In this document: one piece after another, positions 1-16,336 of the stretch
How the letters are laid out: each line of letters begins with the position of its first letter
Position numbering within the stretch: the first letter of the stretch is position 1
Assembly (NCBI GenBank): GCA_002269645.1
Contig: NIVC01000767.1
Span: 124,001-188,000 of the forward strand
Length of the DNA stretch: 64,000 nt
Source of the DNA: Macrostomum lignano
Lineage: Eukaryota
Direction: 5' to 3'
Translations under genes and position numbers: made by a program
The notes under the pieces: generated by a model
What the model saw: only the letters and a program-made list of their open reading frames with translations
Told to the model about the DNA's origin: nothing
Database searches by the model: none

Positions 1-218
1 CACACTGCTGGCCTGTCCCATCTGTCCCACACTGCTGGCCTGTCCCATCTGCCCCACACTGCTGGCCTGTCCCATCTGCCCCACACTGCTGGCCTGTCCC
101 ATCTGTCCCACACTGCTGGCCTGTCCCATCTGCCCCACACTGCTGGCCTGTCCCATCTATCCCAAACTGCTGGCCTGTCCCACACTGCTGGCCTGTCCCA
201 CACTGCTGGCCTGTCCCA
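1..218. repeat. 27-bp minisatellite
   Basis: Unit cacactgctggcctgtcccatctg(t/c)cc. Confidence 0.95.
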
Positions 219-699
219 TAAAATCCCCAATCCCCTCTGGAATACGAGAGAATTATTGTTAAAAATGCTTGGAAATAAAAAATAATGTATGGAGAAAATA
301 TTGGAGAATAAAAGGGAGAATGCGAGTGGGGATACTCGTGCAGTTATGCTCAACTGGTGCTCAGCGCAGTGAGACAGGCGGCTGCAGCAGAGGGGATGGG
401 GGCGGCCCAGCATTATACGGGCACCAGCTAAATCCCGCAGCCAGCCGTATCCGCCACTCAAATCCCTTCAGTTTTCTCCTCAGCTGGAGTCGATAAGGGC
501 CAGGCCACGGAGGAGATGGAGACGCCATGCTGGGGGGGGGGTACAGAGTTGCTATGCGGGCTTTGGGAGGCGAATATTACGGCTAGAATTTGCTTCCAAG
601 ACTCGCCCATAATCTCGCCACAGGATTGGCAGTCTGACAGGGCGGTGAGGGCTGCTCCCCGGTGCCCTGGGCCTGAGATCTGGTCTCAAGGCTATCTCT

Positions 700-1275
700 G
701 AGGTGGCTAAGAATCCCTCAGTAGCTCTGTGGGGTGGCTAAGGATCCCTCAGTAGCTCTGTGGGGTGGCTAAGGATCTGTCAGTAGCTCTGTGGGGTGGC
801 TAAGGATCCCTCAGTAGCTCTGTGGGGTGGCTACGGATCCTTCAGTAGCTCTGTGGGGTGGCTACGGATCCTTCAGTAGCTCTGTGGGGTGGCTAAGGAT
901 CCCTCAGTAGCTCTGTGGGGTGGCTAAGGATCTGTCTGTAGCTCTGTGGGGTGGCTAAGGATCCCTCAGTAGCTCTGTGGGGTGGCTAAGGATCTGTCAG
1001 CAGCTCTGTGGGGTGGCTAAGGATCTGTCAGCAGCTCTGTGGGGTGGCTAAGGATCCCTCAGTAGCTCTGTGGGGTGGCTAAGGATCTGTCAGCAGCTCT
1101 GTGGGGTGGCTAAGGATCCCTCAGTAGCTCTGTGGGGTGGCTAAGGATCCCTCAGTAGTTCTGTGGGGTGGCTAAGGATCTGTCTGTAGCTCTGTGGGGT
1201 GGCTAAGGATCTGTCAGTAGCTCTGTGGGGTGGCTAAGGATCTGTCAACAGTTCTGTGGGGTGGCTAAGGATCCA
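700..1275. repeat. 31-bp minisatellite
   Basis: Unit gtggctaaggatccctcagtagctctgtggg. Confidence 0.95.
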
Positions 1276-1597
1276 AAACCCGAGATTCAAAACCCCCATA
1301 GCTACCATTGCGAATCCACAGAAAAGCGAGCCAAGAAACTCGGCCTCTCAGATCGCATTGGCGAGGCTGTCAGGCACCGAAATCAACTTTCGGACAGTCC
1401 CCGGCCCCGGTGCCGAAACAAAAATCCCAAACCAAGGAGATTATCGAGGGAAAAACCCGAATGAGCGAAGCTCTGCCAGTACAGACCGTGACTGACGGGC
1501 CGCCCAATTGCTGCAAAATTTCTTCTTTCTCTTCGCATCTTCCAACTTCTTACCCTGGTGCAACTTTTAAACCATTTTAAGCCATTAGCGATTGGCC

Positions 1598-2082
1598 GTG
1601 AGTGAGTTGATGAGCGAGTTCATGAGCGAGTTCATGAGTGAGTTCATGAGTGAGCTCACGGGTTAGCTTATGAGTTCATGAGTGAATTCATGGGTTGGCT
1701 TATGAGTTCATGAGTGAGTTCATGAGTGAGTTCATGAGTGAATTCATGGGTTGGCTTATGAGTTCATGAGTGAGTTCATGGGTTGGCTTATGAGTTCATG
1801 AGTGAGTTCATGAGTGAGTTCATGAGTGAATTCATGGGTTGGCTTATGAGTTCATGAGTGAGTTCATGAGTGAGTTCATGGGTTGGCTTATGAGTTCATG
1901 AGTGAGTTCATGAGTGAGTTCATGGGTTGGCTTATGAGTTCATGAGTGAGTTCATGAGTGAGTTCATGAGTGAATTCATGGGTTGGCTTATGAGTTCATT
2001 AGTGAATTCATGGGTTGGCTTATGAGTTCATGAGTGAGTTCATGAGTGAGTTCATGAGTGAGTTCATGAGTGAGTTCTTGAG
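1598..2082. repeat. 12-bp-based compound repeat
   Basis: atgagtgagttc units interleaved with atgggttggctt variants. Confidence 0.9.
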
Positions 2083-2716
2083 CTCACACCTTGATTCCAT
2101 CCGAGAAGATAACAAGCCGTTGTTGCCATTCCGTAAGCAACTGTCTATTTTAAAAGCTTTCAACCGACCTTAAAAAAGCTTTTTTTGTCTGCCACTTGAA
2201 ACAAATCGATTTTAACTGGCTCTGCTTGGAGCAAAAGCGCAGGGCCTCTCAAGCCTGAGCTGGTCTGTTTGGTCCTGAACTGTGGCATTACAGCAGCCCT
2301 TCTCCTTATCATACGCCGACAATATGCCAGACAGTATACTGGTAAATATTGATTGTTGTTGGTAAGCTGACTTGGTTATAGATATCTATGCTCGTATATA
2401 TTTGTGTGCATAAAGCAAGCCAAAAGCAAAGATTGATTTCAATGGGAAGAAAACTCCCCAAGACCTTAGTAGAGAGGCTGACTCTGACTCTGCCAGCCAA
2501 TGGGGTCGCAGCTCGCATATTATTGGCTGGTCTGACCCAGCACAAAAATACCAAATCCTAAGCCCTTCGTGTCCGCTCTCCAGGCTCACTTTATCAGGGT
2601 TTAGACTCTGTCTGCTTGTCTTTGTTATTTAGGCTTTTTTTATTTTATTATCGTGCAATTACGAATAATTTAAAGTCACCCTACTCGGCTGGGATGCCCT
2701 CAAAGCTGTTAAAACT

Positions 2717-2900
2717 ATGCCACTGAAGCCGCTGCCGCCACTGCTGCTTCTTCTTCTGGTTTCCTGTCTTCTGCTTTTGCTGCCTTCGTCAACGTCGCCT
2801 TTGTTGAGCCCGAAGCCACGGCTGCCGCCGGCCCCGCTGATTGGGTACGAGAGACCGACAAGGATTGACATCGATCCGGAGAGCTGGCAGTACTTCCAGG
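2717..2900 (+). CDS. Exon 1 of EVA-1/EVA1C-like SUEL-lectin membrane protein (signal peptide)
   Basis: ATG at 2717. MPLKPLPPLLLLLLVSCLLLLLPSSTS is a typical signal peptide. The frame ends at a strong donor CAGG|gtgagc (intron starts 2901, phase 1). Confidence 0.75.
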
Positions 2901-2914
2901 GTGAGCCTTGCGGT

Positions 2915-3400
2915 TGTGGCCATAGACTGTTGTACGTTCATATTAGATAAATTCGGGGTGTTTATTGCCATAGACTGTTGTACATTCATACAGACAAATA
3001 AGGGGTGTTTATTGCCATAGACTGCTGTTACATTCATATAGATAAATACGAGGTGTTTATTGCCATAGACTTTTGTACATTCATAGAGACAAATAAGGGG
3101 TGTTTATTGCCATAGACTGCTGTACATTCATATAGATAAATAAGGGGTGTTTATTGCCATAGACTGTTGTACGTTTAGATAGATAAATACTCGTACGATA
3201 CGATACAATTAGATAGATACTTGTAGATAGATACTTCGAATGTTTGTTGCCATAGACTGTTGTACATTCATATAGATAAATTCGGGGTGTTTATTGCCAT
3301 AGACTTTTGTACATTCATATAGACAAATAAGGGGTGTTTATTGCCATAGACTGCTGTACATTCATATAGATATATACGGGGCGTTTATTTCCCTAGACTG
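2915..3400. repeat. ~47-48-bp minisatellite just after the exon 1 donor
   Basis: Unit gtgtttattgccatagactgttgtacattcatatagataaataagggg. Confidence 0.9.
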
Positions 3401-4084
3401 GTTAACAATAGGTTGACAAGCAATTTCCCAGCTGGTTAATCGTTCTAATCGACTCGTTCAGCTACTCGGTAAAACTTCTCGTTAATTTTCTCAATTCGCT
3501 GTCACCCGATGAGTCATATGGGAGGTGTTATTAGAATTTTCGCACATCCGGCCTCTGGGCTAAGAATTGAGCTCCTGGAAGGTGACAGAAGCTACAGAGG
3601 CTCTTAAGCAGCCTGTTTGATGCTAGGAGAAGAAGACATTCCTTGTCACGTTGCAAGTGAACAGCAAATCAGACTGTTTGTTCCTGTCGACTCCGGGCCC
3701 AGTGCTTGCCTCTGGGATGGACAGACAGGACAGGCACAAGCAGATTTAGGCTAACAAGATGGCACACAAGGGACCACAGAATTTTAGAATCCGGATTGAA
3801 CAACCAAATATTTGATAGTTTATTGGATAGAACATTGCTGTTGCGTAACTGGGCGTTGGACCAGCTCTGCTGTAGCTTCCCAGGCCCAGCGTTTGCCACT
3901 GCCAATCAGTTATGATTGGCTATTTAGAAATTGTTCAGGGATTGCGTCCCAGTGAGATTGCGTAGCTGCTAATGACTCGCATGTCAGGTTTGAAATAATT
4001 CACTGTGATGTGAATTGTGCAGTTTTTGAATAGCAGTAATTTGATTCTTTCTCTAGAAACTACTACATTCGTGAGCATTAAATC

Positions 4085-4530
4085 TTGTGAATATTAGATC
4101 CTGTGAATGTTAGATCCCGTGAATGTTAGATCCCGTGAATGTTCGATCCCGTGAATTTTAGATCCCGTGAACATTAGATCCCGTGAATATTAAATCCCGT
4201 AAAACTTAGATCCCGTGAACATTAGATCCCGTGAATAATACATCCCGTGAACATTAGACCCCGTGAACATTAGATCCCGTGAATATTAAATCTCGTGAAC
4301 ATTAGATTCTAGGAATATTAGATCTCGTGAACATTAGACCCCGTGAACATTAGACCCCGTGAACATTAGATCCCGTGAACATTAGATCCCGTGAACATTA
4401 GATTCCGTGAATATTAGATCACGTGAGCATTAGATCCAATTTAATATTAAATCTAGCGAATTTTAGATCCTATATAAACATTAGATTTTGTGAACATTCA
4501 ATCCCATGAACCCTCGATCCCGTGAACTCC
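4085..4530. repeat. 16-bp minisatellite
   Basis: Unit gtgaacattagatccc. Confidence 0.9.
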
Positions 4531-5549
4531 AGATGCAGATGCAAAGGAAACAAAATGCATCCCGTGAGCATCAAAGCCCATATGAAGCGATTTCACTGTA
4601 GACAAAGAATCGAAGCCAATAGCACTATTCATAGCTAAAAATATTGGAGAACAAAAGGGAGAAGTGAATTGAGGAGACCTGGGACAATAAATTTATATTG
4701 AAAGTCGCCAGTGCAGGCCAATAAATAAAAATTGCAGACCCGCCCACCCCACCCTCCCCAGGCGCTGGCTGACTGCCTCGCATGCTTCGTTCTATTATAT
4801 TTTTCTGCTTTTTCACGACCCAAAGCAGCAAAGCAACTGCAGTGACCAGAGAGCGCATAGAAGAGAAATCAATAATTGTTCCACTCTTCTCTCTAGCGAT
4901 CTTATCCTTACCTTGTTTCATTGCTGCTTTTTTGGCAACAAGTCTTCTGCTTCTGCGTATTGTCTTCTAGTCTCGCCCAGCGCTGGCCAGAATTAGAGGA
5001 GACAGGAGGAGGAGGAGCAGCAAGCGAAAGAGAAAAATTATAATGAAAAACATGCATACGAGCGTAGTACTAAAAGAAAGAAGCAAAAACAGCCGTCTTC
5101 TAGAAGAGAAAACGCAGGCAATAATTAAAGGGACCAGAGAGTAGTGAAATTCCGGCGTTGAATTTCGCACTGCCGCCGCATTCATTTCCCAGCCCGGTTA
5201 ATAACATCTTTGAGCCGACTTGCTTATCAAGAAAACAAGGACATTGCAGGAGGGGACGGTTGCAAGAAGATTTCAACTGCAATTGAGAAAAGAGAAAAAC
5301 AGGATGAGAAATTCTTTTAACTCTCTGAATCTGGCTGGCAAAGCCATCGAGTTGGTGAATTTCCCGTTGTGATCCGCCAGATTTGGCTGGCACGTGGGTC
5401 AACATGAGAGTCCATGTTGTAGGGGAAACCGGGGGGGGGGCGAAAAGAACCTCACAGATGGCCTAAGCCTAATGGATTCACGATTCTATTAGTCATTCAC
5501 GTGTTTCCATTTCACGTGGGTTGCTGTAAATCCTGTGTGAGCGTGTGTG

Positions 5550-7258
5550 AGAGAGACAGGGAGAGACAGGGAGAGACAGGGAGAGACAGGAGAGACAGGA
5601 GAGACAGGAGAGACAGGGAGAGACAGGGAGAGAGACAGGGAGAGAGACAGGGAGAGAGACAGGGAGAGAGACAGGGAGAGAGACAGGGAGAGAGACAGGG
5701 AGAGAGACAGGGAGAGACAGACAAGGAGAGACAGGGAGAGAGACAGGGAGAGACAGACAAGGAGAGACAGGGAGAGAGACAGGGAGAGAGACAGGGAGAG
5801 AGACAGGAGAGACAGGGAGAGACAGGGAGAGAGACAGGGAGAGAGACAGGGAGAGAGACAGGGAGAGAGACAGGGAGAGAGACAGGGAGAGAGACAGGGA
5901 GAGAGACAGGGAGAGACAGGGAGAGAGACAGGGAGAGACAGGGAGAGAGACAGGGAGAGAGACAGGGAGACAGACAGGGAGAGAGACAGGGAGAGACAGG
6001 GAGAGAGACAGGGAGAGAGACAGGGAGAGAGACAGGGAGAGAGACAGGGAGAGACAGACAAGGAGAGACAGGGAGAGAGACAGGGAGAGACAGACAAGGA
6101 GAGACAGGGAGAGAGACAGGGAGAGAGACAGGGAGAGAGACAGGGAGAGAGACAGGGGAGACAGGGAGAGAGACAGGGAGAGAGACAGGGGAGACAGGGA
6201 GAGAGACAGGGAGAGAGACAGGGAGAGAGACAGGGAGAGAGACAGGGGAGACAGGGAGAGAGACAGGGAGAGAGACAGGGAGAGAGACAGGGAGAGAGAC
6301 AGGGAGAGAGACAGGGAGAGAGACAATGAGAGAGACAGGGGAGACAGGGAGAGAGACAGGGAGAGACAGGGGAGACAGGGAGAGAGACAGGGAGAGAGAC
6401 AATGAGAGAGACAGGGAGAGAGACAGGAGAGACAGGGAGAGACAGGGAGAGAGACAGGGAGAGAGACAGGGAGAGAGACAGGAGAGACAGGGAGAGACAG
6501 GGAGAGAGACAGGGAGAGAGACAGGGAGAGAGACAGGGAGAGAGACAGGGAGAGAGACAGGGAGAGACAGACAAGGAGAGACAGGGAGAGAGACAGGGAG
6601 AGACAGACAAGGAGAGACAGGGAGAGAGACAGGGAGAGACAGACAAGGAGAGACAGGGAGAGAGACAGGGAGAGAGACAGGGAGAGAGACAGGGAGAGAG
6701 ACAGGGAGAGAGACAGGGAGAGAGACAGGGAGAGAGACAGGGAGAGAGACAGGGAGAGAGACAGGGAGAGAGACAGGGGGAGAGACAGGGGAGACATGGG
6801 AGAGACAGGGGAAACAGGGAAGAGACAGGGAGAGACAGGAGAGACAGACAGGGGAGACAGGAGAGACAGACAGGGAGAGACAGGGAGAGACAGACAGGGA
6901 GAGACAGGAGAGACAGACAGGGGAGACAGGAGAGACAGACAGGGAGAGACAGGGAGAGACAGACAGGGAGAGACAGGAGAGACAAACAGGGGAGACAGGA
7001 GAGACAGACAGGGAGAGACAGGGAGAGACAGACAGGGAGAGACAGGGAGAGACAGACAGGGAGAGACAGGAGAGACAGACAGTGGAGACAGGAGAGACAG
7101 ACAGGGAGAGACAGGGAGAGACAGACAGTGGAGACAGGAGAGACAGACAGGGAGAGACAGGGAGAGACAGACAGGGAGAGACAGGAGAGACAGACAGGGA
7201 GAGACAGGAGAGACAGACAGGGGAGACAGGGAGAGAGACAGGGAGAGACAGGGAGGAC
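5550..7258. repeat. Purine-rich (GGGAGAGA(GA)CA)n array
   Basis: 10/12-bp units; source of the spurious 600-730 aa ORFs. Confidence 0.95.
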
Positions 7259-7952
7259 AGGAGGGCGATACAGGATCCGGGCGACAAAGCCAGAACGAGC
7301 TGAGATCCGGGTCTCCCTCCCCGAGTTCGCAGCCAGCTGTGATGGATGAGGAGCAGTGGAGGAGGGGGTGAATCGGCACCAGCAGCCGCAGCCGGTACAG
7401 CGGGCCACTGCTGCGGAAGAGTTCTGGCACGGTGCACGGCAAAGGCCAATTAGAACTTCCTCGAGCTTCTGGCCTCCATCCTCTCTCTCCCTCCAGTATC
7501 TCCCAGCCGTATTGAGAAGCAAGGATCGGGCAGAGAAGCAGAGCAGATGAGAGTCTGGAGCAGTGGAAGACGGAGCAGTTGCTCCCAAGTCGGTGATTGA
7601 TTTTTGCTTCGCTGAGGCAATTATAAGATTTGTTTGAGGGGTGCTTCTGGGCTCCGCCTCTCTCCTCCTCTCGGAACTGCCCAACTAATTAGTTATGATA
7701 ATGACTGCACTGTTGAGCAGCTGCTGCCTGGCTGGTGCATCATTGTTTTTGTTGCTGCTCAAGTCCGGCTGCCCGAATCCTCATCTTGCACTCTGCTGAA
7801 GAGGCTCTCTGCAGAGAAGCTGCTCCCATGCAGTGTTTTCCTATGGTCGGGAACAAGTGAACTACACAAATATCTGCACTGCCTGTGTCGCTTGTGAATT
7901 TCTGAGTCCATTCGCATTTGGGAAAATCCGGCCGATTTGGATTCAGCTCCAC

Positions 7953-9345
<1,393 letters not shown>

Positions 9346-9410
9346 AGTCTGTCACATCTCTATCTCAACCTTCTGTACTCTCTCGCATCTACCCCACCCC
9401 TTCTCTATAG

Positions 9411-9437
9411 CGGCAGCAGAATTATTAGTTAAACCGA
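9411..9437 (+). CDS. Candidate 27-nt micro-exon of the EVA1C-like gene (AAAELLVKP)
   Basis: Long pyrimidine tract ending ttctctatag| at 9410, then donor-like ccga|gtaatt. Length is 3n and phase 1 to 1, so it fits between exon 1 and the SUEL exons. No homology support. Confidence 0.3.
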
Positions 9438-9869
9438 GTAATTTCTTTTTGAAAAACTGAGGGCAAGTGAAAAAATGCAATTAGCCGCTCAAAAAACTGA
9501 CGAATGAATTATTAAAGGGCCGCTTAGCACGCAAAAGTTCAGACGTGGCCTCTTAGAATTTTCCGAGTCCATGTCAAACACGCGGCCTTGAATTAAGCAA
9601 AAATTCGGTATGCATAACCGAGCAGCCTGCAACAGAAAATGCATACTCGCTTAGCAGACAGCCTTGCCCGGCTAAATTGAAGGATCTGGGGGGGGGGGGA
9701 CCGGGCTGCGCCGATGGGAGAATTTACATAGCTAGGGGGGTCTCAGACCCGTTGGGATGCGAATCCCAATCAGCAGCACAGTTGAGTTGGTTTAAAGAAT
9801 TTTGGCGTCCCTGGTAAAAAAACAGACTGGTATTAAATTTGACTTGTTGAAACGACAGGGATGAATTTG

Positions 9870-10735
9870 AACAGGAGATTTCACACTGGGGTATTCAAAA
9901 TGAGGAATATGAACAGGGAAATAGGAACAGGAGATTTGACACTGGGGTATTCAAAATGAGGAATATGAACAGGGAAATAGGAACAGGAGATTTGACACTG
10001 GGGTATTCAAAATGAGGAATATGAACAGGGAAATAGGAACAGGAGATTTGACACTGGGGTATTCAAAATGAGGAATATGAACAGGGGAATATGAACAGGA
10101 GAATATCAACAGGAGAATATGAACAGGGGAATATGAACAGGGGAATATGAACAGGGGAATATGAACAGGGGTAATATGAACAGGGGAATATGAACAGGAG
10201 AATATGAACAGGAGAATATGAACAGGGGAATATGAACAGGAGAATATGAACAGGAGAATATGAACAGGAGAATATGAACAGGAGAATATGAACAGGAGAA
10301 TATGAACAGGGGAATATGAACAGGAGAATATGAAAAGGAGAATATGAACAGGAGAATATGAACAGGAGAATATGAACAGGAGAATATGAACAGGAGAATA
10401 TGAACAGGAGAATATGAACAGGAGAATATGAACAGGAGAATATGAACAGGGGAATATGAACAGGGGAATATGAACAGGAGAATATGAACAGGGGAATATG
10501 AACAGGGGAATATGAACAGGAGAATATGAACAGGGGAATATGAACAGGGGAATATGAACAGGGGAATATGAACAGGGGTAATATGAACAGGGGAATATGA
10601 ACAGGAGAATATGAACAGGAGAATATGAACAGGGGAATATGAACAGGGGAATATGAACAGGGGAATATGAACAGGGGTAATATGAACAGGAGAATATGAA
10701 CAGGAGAATATGAACAGGGGAATATGAACAGGGGT
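9870..10735. repeat. 56-bp repeat grading into a 14-bp repeat
   Basis: About four 56-bp units, then (gaatatgaacagg[a/g])n; the 14-mer is a sub-segment of the 56-mer. Confidence 0.92.
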
Positions 10736-11595
10736 GAATGAGCTGCCAAGATTTGGATTCCAGACAATGTCGGATTCCAACGCAATCACTTGAGCAGTTG
10801 ATTTACAAAGGCCGGCTCAATCTAATTAGCGCATTGGCGAGTCGATGGCTGTCTACTGCTTATAAATGATGCCTGCCAACGATGGCAGGCTTGTAAATCA
10901 GGGCACTTCACCGCCAGCCTGCGTCTGAACCACACGAGAGGCAAATTATTCTTGGATAAACAGACTGGCTTTTCAGAGCCCCACACACATCCCAGGAGAG
11001 AGCTGCCGGCTCCTTCCCAGCTGCTTGGGGAAGTGAGCGACCAGTCATCAGTTAGGGGCTAACCCTCCACCTAGAGTCTCCCATGAGACCCCTGGCGACT
11101 AGAAGTGCAAAAAAAGCGAAACCAAACGACCAGTTATAGTTTTTTAAGTTTCAAAATGCACGATTTCTCGTTTCTTTCTCTTATTTCTCTCCGACCAGAC
11201 CAAGTTTCCAGCAGCTGTCCCACTCGCGAATATTGGCTAAGCTAAGCGTGCATTGCGCTATAGGGGGATTAACAGCTCCAGGACTCGGCAGCATTATTCC
11301 CATCTGGTTTGAGTCCCCTGAAAGCTCGAAAGTTCTCGGCTGGTCCTGCGGCTTGTTCTGGTGGACTTTTATGCGAGCAGAGTTTGGCATTGAGCTGCAT
11401 AGCTGGCTGTGTCCCGTGACTCCTGTTGGCTCAACTGTGTCTCCGCGCCTGCCTGTTCCTGTCTGTGTCTCCGTGTCCGTCTGTGTCTTTATCTATCTAT
11501 GTCTCTGTCGGTTTCTGTCTTCGTATTTGTTTGTGTCTCTAAAGGCTCCATGCATCTGTTTTTCTATGCCTGACTATCTCTGCCGGTCTTTTTCT

Positions 11596-12445
<850 letters not shown>

Positions 12446-13334
12446 TTCGCGACATCTCCACCCCTCCCTGCCTCTTCCCATCATTATATTTGTCAATGAG
12501 TGCCCATCCTCATCATACTCTTTCTCGAAGCTGCGCCCCGGATCAGGAATTGTTTCGCCCCAACAAACTGGCGGCTCAACCGAAGCAGTTGTGTCCTGTA
12601 ATTCTTTCCATTCCCCGGTTTGTTTCTCACCCCCCTCCCAGAGCCGGGCCTGTTGATCCGCGCGCCCGAGCGGCGGCAATCGATGAGGCAGGGGAGTTTG
12701 GGGGATAATTCTCCCACAGCCGCGTCTGTTGGGCGCTTCTGATTGCCGGGTTGGGGGGGAGGACTAGAAAGAATTACAGCGTGAGGATCTTCTAGGAGCT
12801 TGTTTGGCAATTTCGAGCGCAGCAAGCAGACTGGCAGTCGGCGAAGAGAGCGACAGGAATGGCTAGAAGAGAGAAATCCTCGCAGACTCAATTGCCAATC
12901 ACCCGGACAGCAGGCCAATGAGGATGTAAGCACGCTTCCCCACCAGGAGGGAAGTTTCTGGATCAAGTTTAATCACAGCCCGCCCGCCTCCAGTAAAAAG
13001 GCATCTCAGCCGCAGAATGCTGAGACAGGCCGAGACAAAACACTAGCGAGTGATTTACTGGAATCTCTCAGGCGTGCGAAACGAGTTCGTCATTTTTGTT
13101 ATAATTCCGTCCGTCGGAGCACTTTCCCTGGTTTGGACTGACACGGTTTGATCAGCTTAGCGTGTCGCGATATTGATGCATGCAACAAGTCAGTTCTGAG
13201 ACAGTCCAGTGAACTTTTCCAACGGGGTTTTGTGGCTAGAATGCCAGGAGGAAAATAAATGCTATTAACTGATTGCATTGAGTGTGCACTTTTATTATTG
13301 TCTCTTACCAAAAAACTTCTAATCACCCCACTTC

Positions 13335-14595
13335 TTATCAGTGTACGCGCAAGGTCTGTACTCTGACCCCCGATCCTTCACCCACCTCACTCCTTGTGCT
13401 ATCAGTGCAGGTGCAAGGTCTGTACTCTGTGACATCCCGATCCTTCACCCACCTCACTCCTTGTGCTGTCAGTGCGGGTGCAAGGTCTGTACTCTGTGAC
13501 CCCCGATCCTTCACCCACATCACTCCTTGCGCTATCAGTGCGGCTACAAGGTCTGTACTCTGTGACCCCCGATCCTTCACCCACCTCACTCCTTGTGCTA
13601 TCAGTGCGGGTGCAAGGTCTGTACTCTGTGACCCCCGATCCTTCACCCACCTCACTCCTTGTGCTATCAGTGCGGGTGCAAGGTCTGTACTCTGTGACCC
13701 CCGATCCTTCACCCACCTCACTCCTTGCGCTGTCAGTGTGGGTGCAAGTTCTGTACTCTGTGACCCCCGATCCTTCACCCACCTCACTCCTTGCGCTGTC
13801 ATTGCGGGTGCAAGGTCTGTACTCTGTGACCCCCGATCCTTCACCCACCTCACTCCTTGTGCTATCAGTGCGGCTGCAAGGTCTGTACTCTGTGACCCCC
13901 GATCCTTCACCCACCTCACTCCTTGCGCTATCAGTGCGGGTGCAAGGTCTGTACTCTGTGACCCCCGATCCTTCACCCACCTCACTCCTTGCGCTATCAG
14001 TGCGGCTGCAAGGTCTGTACTCTGTGACCCCCGATCCTTCACCCACCTCACTCCTTGTGCTATCAGTGCGGCTGCAAGGTCTGTACTCTGTGACCCCCGA
14101 TCCTTCACCCACCTCACTCCTTGCGCTATCAGTGCGGGTGCAAGGTCTGTACTCTGTGACCCCCGATCCTTCACCCACCTCACTCCTTGTGCTATCAGTG
14201 CGGGTGCAAGGTCTGTACTCTGTGACCCCCGATCCTTCACCCACCTCACTCCTTGCGCTATCAGTGCGGGTGCAAGGTCTGTACTCTGTGACCCCCGATC
14301 CTTCACCCACCTCACTCCTTGTGCTATCAGTGCGGCTACAAGGTCTGTACTCTGTGACCCCCGATCCTTCACCCACCTCACTCCTTGTGCTATCAGTGCG
14401 GGTGCAAGGTCTGTACTCTGTGACCCCCGATCCTTCACCCACCTCACTCCTTGTGCTATCAGTGCGGCTGCAAGGTCTGTACTCTGTGACCCCCGATCCT
14501 TCACCCACCTCACTCCTTGTGCTATCAGTGCGGCTGCAAGGTCTGTACTCTGTGACCCCCGATCCTTCACCCACCTCACTCCTTGCGCTATCAGC
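13335..14595. repeat. 60-bp minisatellite, ~21 copies
   Basis: Unit gatccttcacccacctcactccttgtgctatcagtgcgggtgcaaggtctgtactctgtgacccc. Confidence 0.97.
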
Positions 14596-15129
14596 ATGCG
14601 CGCAGATGCTTTTTAGTTTACAAATTCAACTTCATTCGCTTCATATTTAGTCTTAGTCGGTGCATTCTGTCCGCCACTGAAAAGTATTAAGTCGCTGAAG
14701 CAGAGCAGATAGATGTATTGAAAGGCAGAAAATTGCGCGAGGCCCACTGAGCAAACAGGCCTGGTTGCTGAAGTGCCAATCCATTCCGGTTCGTCAAAAG
14801 CAATTCCTTAATTATGCCACGGATGCAGTTCCACTTTTTTCATGGGTATATGGGAAACCGTTTCTCTAGCAGAGAAGGATCAAGTGCTTTTTCTGGGAAA
14901 TTTTCTGCCTGGGAAAATAGAATTCCTTCACGAATGATAAGCAAACCTACCTATTTGCACAGATATTAGCAATGTTGTTCATCATTAAGCATCGATATTT
15001 TTATGGGACTTTTGCACCGACAATTTAGCTCGTACCCGTATAATCAGATCTGGGCAGACTTGCAAACATTGGTCCCGAAAATTTCTAACAAAATCGTATC
15101 TTTCTGACCAACCATCCCAATCTTGCTCC

Positions 15130-15370
15130 CTCTGCACACCCTACCTATCCTCCCTGCTCACCCTACCTATCCTCCCTGATCACCCTACCTTCCTCCCTGA
15201 TCACCCTACCTTCCTCCCTGATCACTCTACCTTCCTCCCTACCCACCCTACTTTCCTCATTACTCACCCTACCTTCCTTCCTACTCACCTTACCTATCCT
15301 CCCTACTCACCATGTACCCTACCTTCCTTCATACTCCCCCATCTTCCTTCCTCTACCCATCCTACCTCCC
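15130..15370. repeat. Degenerate ~22-bp pyrimidine-rich repeat
   Basis: ccctacct(a/t)cctccctgatca-like units running up to the SUEL exon. Confidence 0.8.
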
Positions 15371-15413
15371 AGATCCGCTCTCAACCCACTCGCCCCACCT
15401 GCCGCTCGGACAG

Positions 15414-15631
15414 GACTGGTGTCAGCCGACTTGCCCGACAGGAAGCTGCTACTCTGCTCAGGCGCTGGTCACAGCGTGAGCTGCCCGGCCAGCACCAGCA
15501 TCGCCGTCTCCTCTGCGCATTTCGGGCGGCGCGGCGAGACCAACGCCTGCTATCAGGCACAGACTGGCGAGCTCGAAGGCAGCGGCTGGTCGCCAGTGAA
15601 CAAAACCTGCGAAGTCTCTGATCTGGCCAAG
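15414..15631 (+). CDS. EVA1C-like exon: first half of SUEL/Gal-lectin domain 1
   Basis: LLLCSGAGHSVSCPASTSIAVSSAHFGRR...NAC...KTCEVSDLAK follows the SUEL pattern (C..., SCP, [Y/F]GR, C). Donor AAG|gtaaat at 15632. The acceptor is uncertain: 15414 or 15426 give phase 1, 15373 gives phase 2. Confidence 0.75.
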
Positions 15632-15689
15632 GTAAATTGTTTAGGGAGTCAGAATTATCATTTGCACCTTATGTAAAGCCCCATATCTC

Positions 15690-16075
15690 TTACCCTCAAT
15701 TTACATTCGCGAATCTCTCTCCCCTCAATCTACTGCTTCAAACCCCTTGCCCTCAATGTACATTCGCGAATCTCTCTCCCCTCAATCTACTGCCTAAACC
15801 CCTTGCCCTCAATGTACATTCGCGAATCTCTCTCCCCTCAATCTACTGCCTCAAACCCCTTGCCCTCAATGTACATTCGCGAATCTCTCTCCCCTCAATC
15901 TACTGCCTCAAACCCCTTGCCCTCAATGTACATTCGCCAATCTCTCTCCCCTCAATCTACTGCCTCAAACCCCTTGCCCTCAATGTAAATTCGCGAATCT
16001 CTCTCCCCTCAATCTACTGCCTCAAACCCCTTGTCCTCAATGTACATTCGCGAATCTCTTGCCCTCAATGTACAG
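15690..16075. repeat. 57-bp intronic minisatellite
   Basis: Unit cgcgaatctctctcccctcaatctactgcctcaaaccccttgccctcaatgtacatt. Confidence 0.93.
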
Positions 16076-16336
16076 TCAAACCTTTCTATCCCAAATCTAC
16101 AACCTCAAGCCCCTTACATCATGTGCAGCCCCCTAACCCGAAGTATTTCTACACTATTTACCCCACTATTTCCATCCAAACTCAACCCAGCACACAGGAG
16201 AGACAGCAAACTTTCCTCCCTGCGCCCCAAATTACCGCAAACAAAAATCACACTTTTCCCGCCAACTTTAACAATCGGCATTCGCAAATCCTTATTTAGT
16301 TTCTCCCCCAACCCCACCTCCGCATTCGCCGCCCAG

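Noticed and set aside
269-1580. Short ORFs upstream of the lectin gene
   Set aside because: No recognisable domain or consistent splice structure on either strand.
13282-14650. ~400-aa ORFs in four frames with 20-aa periodicity
   Set aside because: A 60-bp minisatellite that happens to lack stops; multi-frame openness argues against coding.
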